Positions 39,901 through 50,369 of a stretch of 64,000 bases of DNA are shown here, in pieces. Under the pieces are notes generated by a model, which worked only from the letters and a program-made list of their open reading frames with translations, was not told the DNA's origin and searched no databases. The DNA lies in assembly GCF_006345805.1 (NCBI RefSeq), contig NC_042997.1, positions 175,522,001 through 175,586,000 of the forward strand, given 5' to 3'. This stretch comes from Octopus sinensis (lineage: Eukaryota). The position numbers and the translations under genes were made by a program. The number at the start of each line of letters is the position of its first letter. Position 1 is the first letter of the stretch.

Positions 39901-42900
39901 TTGAACATAAAACATGTAGAATTTTAGAGCCAGTTTAAAAGCCAAAGGGTTAAATGATATGAATAAGTCTAAATGCTATACAGTCTTTCAAATAACATAT
40001 AATATGAACTTTGCATACTATGTTTTGGTCTGTTTATTCAGCCTTTAAATACCAAGTTTACTTACATATGTATAAATGACCTCCTTGCACAACATATTTA
40101 GGTATCTATTGACATATATTTCTTGGAAGTATATATGTGTGTGTGTGTGTGTGTGTATCAACAGGAAAACTAAGTGCCATTCAGTTAAAATAACCCCAAA
40201 ACGATTTTCCAGTATATATCAACACACACAAACGTGTTTTTTCTTTCTAGTAATCATTCATAGACATACACATATTCATCTGTACATTGTTGATTGTATT
40301 AATTGTAATATACAAACATTTAAATTATGTATACTTATTTTATCAGCCTTATTGGCTGGCAGGATCTTGAAAAAGTAGTTGACCCCTTTTTTTTTTTTTT
40401 GCACTTTGTTTTGTGTTTTTTTTATACTCAATCATTTGTGTATTAATTCAACTGATTTATTAATTCAAAAATCCCTGCTTTGATGAAAGAGATTTGTTGT
40501 AAAGAAAAAAAAATGTATAAATATTTTAAAAATCGAACAAAAATCATTGAATTTATAATTGCAGTTTGAAATAAGCTGGGCTCTGATTTTAAACTTTTAC
40601 AAAACAATATCACCAAAATACTCTATTCTTACATTGTTTTTTTTTTTCTCTTTTCATATTTTTTTGTTTTTTAAATATAAAATTTCTGGGTGATGGAGTT
40701 ATCTAAAGCTATAAAGCACCACACTGAATGCTTTACAGCATCTATTTTTATTTTATTCATATTTTGAACTGAAGACTGTGTCTTTCTTAACATCCCTGAG
40801 GTTAATGAAATAAGTACCAGTAAGATGTTTTTTACCCAGTTCAATCAACCATACCTCTTCCTTACAAAAATTAGAATTCTACCTAGTCACAAAAAAAAAA
40901 AAAATTCCTTGTATAAATGTCTTATGAAATGTTAGATTAATTTCAAAAATCAACAGTGGCACTTTTGTTCATATTCTTTTTACGTATGTCATGTGTCAAG
41001 GTTAAAAACCATTTCTTTAATGCATAAATTATTGAACAAAATATACAAATTATACAGCAGGCCTAACATAGCACTCAGTTTAGCAACATTACCTGATTCT
41101 TAGATGCCTTTAGTAAAGTTCACTTAATTATTTCCAATTCTGGGATTCAATCTTACCAAACTGGAAAGCCTACAAAGTTCATGGGCACTTTCCTTATTCT
41201 GATTACCAACTTATAAAATTATCCCAACATTTTTTTTTTTTTTTTAGCTTGTCACTAATATTCTTAATTTTATTTATTGTATTGTTTTTAATATCTGACA
41301 AGCTGGACTTGATCTTAGCCCTTTAATGATCTGATAAAAAGTGATGTAAACATTTGACAGGATTTGAACATAGAATATCTAGTTTATCAATCAATGCTCA
41401 AGTATTGAGACATTGTTTTACTGCCTGTATAGCTTTTCATTTGATTGTTATCAGGCCGTATATGAGATTGGTTTTATTTTCACCCTGTCATCATCATTTA
41501 AATATCAATGAAATTAGTTGATACAGAAAATGTGATTTTTTTTTTTTTTTGTCAAATGTACATAAATTCTTGTAATCTATATACACTGGCTTCTGCACTC
41601 ACATATGGATGTTAAAAAACATGTATAATTGTAAAATGAACTTATTTACTAAAAATAATATAAATGTAAGCTGTACTAAATCCAACTTATAATTTCTTGA
41701 AGTAACTCAGTATCTCCTGCTGTATTAAACAAACTACTTCTGTAAATTTCAATATTTCAAAGATGTAAAAAGACGAGTTACATGTCACATTATGTACAGA
41801 CCAATAATTTGTTGTGAATATTCTGGAATTTGACATTCTAAAAAAAAAAAAGATGTTATTTAGGGTTTTTTTTTTTTTTTTTTTTTTTTTAAAGTAGCAT
41901 TCAAATAACCTTATACAGGCCTTTGTTTTCCTGAATTAAAAAAAAATGTATATATCATGAAACATTTAGGAAAAAAAAATGTAAACAGTTGTTGTCTTTA
42001 AAAATCATAAAATATAGCAAAAAGAGAAGAAAAAAAATGGATGATTTTTTTTTTTTTTCACTCTTAGTTTCAGTATAGAAGAAATGTCTTCCATATTTGT
42101 TGACAAAACAGCATTCTGGGTTCTTTTTCAGCCAGAAGGCAGACAATCTGGCAACTGAATTTTACAACGAATTTTTTTTTTTTTTCTCTAAAAGTTGTTA
42201 AATTATGTTCCTTTATATGGGAAGAAAACTGAAAATTGATAAGTGGGGGAAATTGTTGGGAGGAACTGCTGTTGAAAATCCGATCCTTTGACAGTTCAGT
42301 TGTCATCAATGTATTATATCAGAGTGCAGCCATCTTCCTTAAGTTATTTAACTACTGCCAGCATGGAAGACAGACGTTAAATGATGAAGCATTATTGTAT
42401 ACTTCCTTTGTCTCAACTATGAGAATTTTAAAATGGGTAGCGGGGATGTTATTTTATGACTCTTAAGGAATATTCATTGGCAACCCCTAGATCAAGTTAT
42501 AGAAAAAAGGTAGGCTCCAGAGGGCATACAGATTAGTTGTTTGAGAATGTATTTTGCACAATGAGATTGGATCTTTAAGCCTCTACCAGTTTAATGTATT
42601 CAGCATACCATTATAGAGAATGGTCTTAACTGATATACTGTCCTTAAAAGTCAATATTATCACTTGCATTGTGCATGGTGACAGCCAAGCAGTCTAAAAG
42701 CTTATTTTAGCATAAATACCATACTTTTCATTTACCTTGTTATAACATATACATACATAGCTTGTTTTCTAGAAGTACCCAATAAACCTAAAGCAGCCGA
42801 TGTTTTGTTGCCAATCATTGGCAACCTTCTGCAGTGGGGTTTTTTTTCCCACAAACCTGCAGATTGCAGTAACAACAGGTCAGTTTTTGCCTTTCACCAA

Positions 42901-43835
42901 ATTGAAATGGTTTTCATGTGTTGTAACTGTTTCTGATCATAAAACAAAACTGGTTTATTGTTCAAACTGGAAAAAGATTAAAATTTGGAAGTTATATTTG
43001 TTACATACAAACATATTAGATGTTTATAAATATGCACATAATTACTGATAATTCATTTGGATATAAAACATCTTGTTTTCAGATTATTTTGCTGCTTTTC
43101 AGCTCATTAGCTATGATTGGGGGAGTAGAGGGAGAAACTTAATCTGCTGCAATGTTAAATTTTTTTTATTTTAAAATAATGTTCTAACCTATTATTAGTT
43201 GACTAGCAAATTTTAACCAGTCAAAAAAAAAAAAAAAGTAAACTTAGTTCTCAGCATACAAGTCTTCCTGTTAACTCAATGTTATTCATTCAATTCTTTA
43301 TATTTCCAAAGCATTAAATTTCAGAATGAGATAATGACATTCATAGACATACTGAAATATCTGACATTGTGCCAATTGATGTTAAACTGAAATAAATGTT
43401 AAAGTAACAGCATTAATTAAACTGTTCCATCTTCATCAATGCTGGAGTAATATTTCTTTAAAACAATGAATTGTGAAAATTAAATTCCACCCCACTACCC
43501 TCGTTTATTATTATTACTACTATTAGATATGTTCATCCCACCAAAAACCTTGGTAATTTTTAAATATAATTTTGTTGTTTTTGACAACTTCACAAATTGT
43601 TTGTTTTTTTTCTAAATATTATTTATTTATGAGGAACTTAGAAAACTAAATGTCATTCTGGATCAGTCTTGAAAAAAATGTATTCATAATGTACAACTGG
43701 TTTTAAATAATTGAAAGAAGGAAAAAAAAAAAATGAATCTCTAAACAAATGTAAGAAAGATTAACATGTTTGAAAAGTTCAAAATTTCCAAAGTTTGTAG
43801 AGACTTGTAAATAATTATTTTGTTGCAACTTGTAA

Positions 43836-43841
43836 AATAAA
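43836..43841 (+). promoter_or_regulatory. Candidate distal poly(A) signal of EVI5 (AATAAA)
   Basis: AATAAA followed ~20 nt later by a GU/U-rich tract (cagtcttgttgttctttc). Other AATAAA hexamers occur upstream, so the choice is inferred. Confidence 0.45.
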
Positions 43842-44435
43842 GCCAAAGTGATACAGCTCTCAGTCTTGTTGTTCTTTCAAATCTGCATTAAAATGTTGTA
43901 GGCATTTCAGGGGATAGCTCTCAGTGGATAGACTAAAAATGGCCTTCATAGAGAAAACTGTCCCTGTTCCCACTGCAGACAATACATGCACAGCATTACA
44001 AACACGGCCTGCACACCTACTTTCACATTCCATGATTACCATTGGGATCAATCAGGTACACACAAAGATTCTAGATTATTTTTCCGCTTTTTTTGTTGTT
44101 TTTTTTTTAATTTTTGAGAGTGGTCAGGTTCATTTTTAGTATTCTCGTTTGTGAGAGCAGTTGAGTTTATTTCAGATATTCTCATTTTAAAAATCATCTC
44201 CGACTAATTGAGAAGACATTGGTGTTGCCTTGGCAGAGGTTTATACTGAGTGCTCTTGGTACCATTGCTTTGAATCAGTCATTATATCATAGTTAAATGG
44301 TTTTGCTGACGTGTTAATTTATTTTTAGAATGTAGGATAAGTATGAAAGGCTGGATCTGGCCTATTTAAATAAATGCTGAAGGGTTAGATGAATAAACAC
44401 TTTAACAAAACAAAAGTAACACAGTTGTATATTCC

Positions 44436-44441
44436 TTTATT
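44436..44441 (-). promoter_or_regulatory. Candidate distal poly(A) signal of ASPM (AATAAA on -)
   Basis: The minus strand reads aaAATAAAggaatatacaactgtgttacTTTTGTTTTGTT, i.e. a hexamer plus a downstream U/GU-rich element. An alternative hexamer lies at 45025-45030. Confidence 0.45.
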
Positions 44442-44523
44442 TCAATTCAAGTGATATAAAATTTGAGCATTATATACAACAGTTGAATGGGAGAGAGTTA
44501 AAGAAAGATTATTTCAATTTGTA

Positions 44524-44866
44524 TTGTGAAAGCAAATTTACATTCACTCACTGTGAAAGCAGATTTATGTTCACATTCATTCGTTCACTGTGAAAGTAGA
44601 TTTATGTTCACATTCACTCGTTCACTGTGAAAGTACATTTATGTTCACATTCATTCACTCACTGTGAAAGCAGATTTATGTTCACATTCATTCACTGTGA
44701 AAGATTTAGGTTCGGATTCATTCGTTCACTGTGGAAGCAGATTTATATTCACATTCACTCGTTCACTGTGAAAGTAGATTTATGTTCACATTCAATCGTT
44801 CATTGTGAAAGCAGATTTATGTTCACATTCATTCACTGTGAAAGCAGATTTAGGTTCACATTCACC
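44524..44866. repeat. Minisatellite: ~9 units of 33-37 nt plus a partial unit (ctgtgaaagcagatttatgttcacattcattcgttca)
   Basis: Unit starts counted at 44551, 44588, 44625, 44662, 44695, 44729, 44766, 44803, 44836. Confidence 0.95.
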
Positions 44867-46004
44867 TGCAGAACAAACAAAAAATAAAAATCAGTCATGT
44901 TTCCAGAACCCATTTAAAGCAAGTTATACATAGAACAAAAAAAAAACATGTCACACCACAACATGAGGAAAGAAAAGAGAATTAGTTATTTCTTGATCAT
45001 ACTGAAACACAAATGCCTGCAAAATTTATTTTATAAAGTTCAAATACTAAAGTCAATTGCATACAGCATATACTGGTAAAATGTATTCGGACATTTCAAA
45101 TCTGTATATCCATAACTTAAAAATACACAAATATTTAATATTTACAAAGAAGAAATTGTCAAAGAATGACAAAAACAGGTAAAATTTCAATATAACAAAA
45201 TTTCAAATTTGTATTTAATATTTTCAAGAAAACTCAAACCATTGAATACTTAAAGTTAACACATGATTTTGTTTTTGTTTTTTTTTTTAATCTTGTCCAA
45301 ACACTAAGAGAAAATAACTAGTATGTAAATTTATCTGAATAATTAACTGCCCCACTATGGCTCAAAATCTATGCTGGATTATCGTTTAATGCCTGCCTAC
45401 TTGGCTTACCTTAGCTGCAACTCCGTCATAAAACATTACACATAACCACTTAAAGGAATTGCACATTTGTGATCCTAGACAAGATAAGTTTAGCACATCG
45501 AGAAAGAGGACTAGAGCTTTGCAATGGCTATCCAACAAAAAGTAATATCTACAAATAGTTTGAAGTCACAGCTGCAATTAAATATCAAGGTTATTTACAA
45601 AATGAAGTGAAGGACTGGAAAAATCTCAGCAGATAAAAAGAGAAAAAGTGAAAACATTGAAAATTTCGACTGTGCCAAGAGCCATACCAAAGTTGCAGCA
45701 AAAAAAAAAAAAATAAATAAAGTGGAGGTACAAGTGAAAGAAATAATAATGAAACTGAGCAGCAAAGAAAAGGTTTTGAAAATGCTATCACAAGGTTTAT
45801 CCAGAAATGAAACTTTTTTTAAAACCACATACTAATCAACGAACAATGTTGTGCTTGTGAGTACAGTGTGTAGGTGACCTTAACTCTCAATCAAATAACA
45901 GCCACATAACACTACATCTATTAGTCATCAAACAACTTGTGCTAATGTGAATGTTTTTATACATTCAGCAACTGCCATAAGCTGAATAAAGGAAGGTTTT
46001 GGAA

Positions 46005-46450
46005 AGAGCAATGCTAATGTAGAGTTCTGTATTAAATTGGGAATAACTATGAAGACCTCTCTAATGCTGCTGCAGCCCTATATGAAGGATTGGGCTGTAC
46101 ACAATGTTACAAGTGGTATCAGCATTTCAAATTGGTAAGATGATGAAAATCAAAGGAAAATCCTAAATCTAGACAAACTTTCATGAAGACAGATGATCAC
46201 ATTGCAAAAATGTGGGCTGTAGTTTTTTTTGGAAATGTCACTTACTGGAAAGTTTGTGCTTATACATGTTACTGCAAAATTTGTCTTACCAGCAGATATA
46301 TGAACAAAAACAGTTCTGACTCAGTCAGTTAGGAGCCTTTTGATTGCTCAAATAAAGATGAAAATTTTTTTGAAAAGTGTAACGATAGGTGACAAAATGT
46401 AGGTGTAGGATTAGGATCTTGAAACAAAAAGGCAGGGGGCAATTTCAAAT
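46005..46450 (+). pseudogene. Decayed mariner transposase 5' remnant inside the putative ASPM 3' UTR
   Basis: Fragments resembling ANVEFCIKLG...QCYKWYQHFK and DENFLKSV.IGD..W.Y.YD.ETKRQ. Confidence 0.6.
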
Positions 46451-47524
46451 GATAGGAAAGATCAAAATGACTTTGCTATTAGAACTCTGTACTAAACCTG
46501 AAAACAAGTTCCAACAGCACAAAATAGTCATCATCATATAAAAGAAAAGATAGCACCGTTATCAAGCAATCCTTCATTTGGTATACATAAGTCTGGTGGT
46601 GTACGAAAGAAAATCTACAAAATCTAAAATGGATTCAAATCAACCATGAAAATATCAAGTTGTGTGGCCTGTTGAGTATTGAAAGCACTTAACTGGCAAG
46701 TAATAAAGATTCTGAAGGTAAAAGAACAATTTGTTTGAGCAATAACCAGCACATATAGTTATAAATAGTTTAACAGTAACGAAAAAAAAAAAATTAAAAT
46801 TGCTTTTTGTGGTGGGGAAAAAAACCCAGCATTCGAAATACAAAAAGCAAGTAGAATATGTAACAAGGTGTTTACTCGATAACTGATGATTCAGAATTCT
46901 TTTAAGTTTAGAGAGACAAAAAAAAATCTAAATCAAAGATTACTTAAAATATATAATCTCTATGATTATATTTTGCTTGTAATGTCTAACATACACAAAA
47001 AAAGCTATATGACAGAACTCTATTTTCTTTTTTAACCTAATAAACCCAGAAGAAAGGGCTTCCCAAATTTATAACCAAAAATACAAACATCTGTTAAAAC
47101 AGACAGCCAACAGTACTGAAAAAACAATCTAATTCCATTTAAGAAATTGCATTAGTGCTATAAATTTTTTATTGGAGTCAAGATTTTATGTAATTATTAT
47201 TATTATTATTACTACTGTATCTATTAAAATTACATTGACTATATACATATAGTCAATGTTCTTGAAATGGAACTGTTAAGTTATAAAAGTAAAATGTTAA
47301 TTCTGATATCTTTATATTGACTAATTATTTCATTTCAATGTTATTTTTACTTATTTCTGTTAAATTTTAATTACTTAATCCCCCAAATACTTTGTACATG
47401 TGCATGTGTGTAGAAAAAGTGAAAATGAAATTGGTCACAATTTTGAATGCATTGCACCCATACATGCAGGAATATATGGGTGTAAATGTTTAACAAAAGG
47501 TTTTCTGCCTCACCTGAATTTTTT

Positions 47525-47833
47525 TTACATTTTCAAGTTTTTAGGTAACTGTTTGGGGAGTTTGTCTTGTAGACCAAGACAATATATTAAATATGTCATT
47601 GCTTTTAATGGTTCCTCAAATTCTTGCAATTTTTTCTTGCCAAGCAACCAGTCTGGACCGATCTTAGAAAGAACAGTATTTTCGTAAAATGGGCAAGCAT
47701 CTTTTGCAGCTACTAGCCGAGCTCTCGTCACAATTCTAGTTTCTTCTTGCTTGTATTTCCGTACAGTCAATTTATACAGCGACAGGATTTTCTCCACAAA
47801 CTGCTGCCGAGATAGTAACTCATCCATTCTACC
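47525..47833 (-). CDS. ASPM: ASPM terminal coding exon: GRMDELLSRQQFVEKILSLYKLTVRKYK...KIGPDWLLGKKKLQEFEEPLKAMTYLIYCLGL...KM*
   Basis: aatttcAG acceptor on -, stop TAA at 47525-47527. Matches the ASPM C-terminal pattern IYSLYKLT...PDWVL...PLQAI...LG. Confidence 0.92.
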   Translation of the reverse strand, partial: GRMDELLSRQQFVEKILSLYKLTVRKYKQEETRIVTRARLVAAKDACPFYENTVLSKIGPDWLLGKKKLQEFEEPLKAMTYLIYCLGLQDKLPKQLPKNLKM

Positions 47834-48299
47834 CTGAAATTATATCCACAAAACCAATAAGAAATCTGTTTCAGTATATGAACATGTATGCATATATGGC
47901 TGGGCTACTATGAAGAGGGAAGAACATAAATTAGCTACATTGCTAGAGCATATCCAAAATGAATTCAAGAATGGAGCAGAGTGAATGACGTGATCACAGA
48001 ATACTAAAAACACAGATTCCAATAGGTTAGATATGTTGGAAGACACTTGCTCAAGGTGCCAAGCAGTGGGACTGAACCCAGAACCATGCCTACTGTATTA
48101 TTTGAAAATCATAAGTAAAAGATGTGAAAAGAACTATATTTAAGGAAATAGAATTGATATCAGATGCAGTAATAGAATTGGAATGAGATGCAGTTAACCA
48201 GTTAACCAATTTTTAATCTAACAATAAAACATGAAAGTAGGTTTACTAAATGCTAGAAAGCAAAAATATAAAACCCCTATGGCATTTATGTCATGCTTG

Positions 48300-48520
48300 A
48301 GAAAAAGACCAATAGGCTAGATATGTTGCAAAGTTCACAGACAACAAGTGGAGCCTTCCTGTTACCAAGTGGTATCCAAGATATCAGAAAAGGCCACTTG
48401 GAAGACCTCCATAGCAATGGGAAGACAATTTAGTTAAACGATTGAGGCCAGGATGGAAGAGAATGGTGCAACCAAGTAAGAATTGGAAGTGCATTGTGAC
48501 CAGCGATGTATAACAGCTGA
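48300..48520 (+). pseudogene. 3' fragment of another RTE-clade LINE
   Basis: YVAKFTDNKWSLPVTKWYPRYQKRPLGRPP*QWED resembles the RTE C-terminus HVAR..DNRW....TEWYPR..KRP.GRPP.RWED. Confidence 0.7.
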
Positions 48521-49183
48521 TAGTCTGGGCGATACAGTGACATCATCATCATCATCTAGCGTCCGCTTTCCATGCTAGCATGGGTTGGACGGTTCAACCG
48601 GGGTCTGGAAGGCCAGAAGGCTGCACCAGGCCCAGTCTGATCTGGCAATGTTTCTACGGCTGGATGCCCTTCCTAACGCCAACCACTCCGTGAGTGTAGT
48701 GGGTGCTTTTTACGTGCCAGACGGGGCTGGCAGAAGGTGCTTTTTACGTGCCACCAGCACAGGGGCCAGGCAAGGCTGGCAACGGCCACGATCGGATGGT
48801 GCTTTTTACGTGCCACCGGCATGGATGCCTGTCGGGGCGGCGCTGGCAACAGCCCTGTTCGGATGGTTTGCTTACGTGCCACCAGCACTGGTATCACAGC
48901 TACAATTTCCATTGATATTGATCGATTTCAATTCTGATTCTGACACAGATGCAAATATATATATGATTGAGTATGCATGTATATATTAATGCATGCATAT
49001 GCATAGATGATTGCACATTAATAGATAAGTGTACATACATACATAGATATGAGCGCACATGTAGTGCATATATGAGTGTGAGTATGCAGACATGAACAAG
49101 TAGAGGAGCAGGATATGCTAACTCCAGCTTATATCAACGTTTTACTTTCAAAATAAGTGAAAAGCAGCAAAAAAACTATTTAC

Positions 49184-49333
49184 CTTTTCCTTCAGATCTA
49201 AAGCTATACTTCCCAACAATATACAAGATTTGGAGAAAACCAAGCCCTTTTCTCGGAAAACCATCATGACATTGAGAAGAATGTCTATAGCATCTGGGCG
49301 GGAATGATAAACAGACTCAATCGTTGGAGCATA
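49184..49333 (-). CDS. ASPM: ASPM exon: YAPTIESVYHSRPDAIDILLNVMMVFREKGLVFSKSCILLGSIALDLKEK
   Basis: tctttctcttttcAG acceptor, GTAAAT donor, 150 nt, phase 0/0. Matches ASPM Y..T...VY...IDILL.LL..YREK...IFTKTC.LL. Confidence 0.93.
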
Positions 49334-49496
49334 CTGAAAAGAGAAAGACAAGAATTAAATGTTTTTATATTTGTAATCTAACTGAATAAATAAGCTAAAA
49401 ATATCCAATTATATGAAAAGCCTTTTCAATATAACATTTAAATTGGCAAGCTTTACTATGAAGGCTTCATATTTTAACTCAGTTTGAAAATATATC

Positions 49497-49945
49497 ATCA
49501 TCATTGTTTAACGTCCGTTTTCCATGCTAGCATGGGTTGGACGGTTCGACCAGGGTCTGGGAAGCCAGGAGGCTGCACCAGGCTCCAGTCTGATCTGGCA
49601 GTGTTTCTAAAGTTGGATGCCCTTCCTAACGCCAACCGCTCCGTGAGTGTAGTGGGTGCTTAGTATCACAACTACAATTCCCATTTGATTTTTGATGTTA
49701 ATGTACTTGACTCAATAGGTCTCCTCAAGCACAGCAGGTCGCCCTACGATACGAGGTAAGCTCAGCAGGCCGTCCTGCGATCCAAGGCACTTGGGTCGGC
49801 TGGGGCTCCTATGTGAAGCTGGTGCAAGAAACAGCCATGAACTCACATTATTTGTCAGGTCTTCGCAGTCACAGCATATCTCCAGAGGTCTCAGTCTTTC
49901 GTCATTGCCTCTGTGAGACCCAACGTTCAAAGTTCAGGCTTGCAT
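49497..49945 (-). mobile_element. Short 5'-truncated copy of a related RTE subfamily (end of ORF plus 3' UTR)
   Basis: The minus strand encodes LGLTEAMTKD*DLWRYAVT, matching the end of the ORF at ~52770-52830. Same terminal ~170 nt and GAT tail, but a different UTR middle. Confidence 0.88.
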
Positions 49946-50369
49946 CATACATAGTTTTTTTTTGTTTTTTTTTCAAAATTGGTAAGGGTTTCATGGATTA
50001 GTTCTAGTACAACATCTCACCACTTGTTAGTCTTTCTTGCAAAAGACTGCAACAGATGGCTGCAACAGATGGCAGCAACAGATGGCAACAACAGAATTAA
50101 TGTTATGCTCTCTAGAAAATTATGAGAAACTATCTCATCTTCATTTTAATATCTACTTTTCCATGCAGACTATGGTTGGATGCCGTTCCTGTTACCAACC
50201 CTCATCTATTTTCGAGCAAAGTAATATTTCCCTATTGCAAGACATGCTTTGTGAAGAATATTGGAAATGAATGACATTGGTTGTATGACAATCATTTTAC
50301 AACTCATGTGATGTCAAAACCAAGATACAGATGTGTGTGAGTGAATCTCAATATATAGATATATATATA

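Noticed and set aside
43860-44139. Short ORFs on both strands between the two poly(A) candidates
   Set aside because: 63-71 aa with no homology or splice support; expected by chance.
44524-44866. CRISPR-like look: 33-37-nt units with internal dyad symmetry
   Set aside because: Units are contiguous with no unique spacers, there are no cas genes, and the context is eukaryotic; it is a minisatellite.
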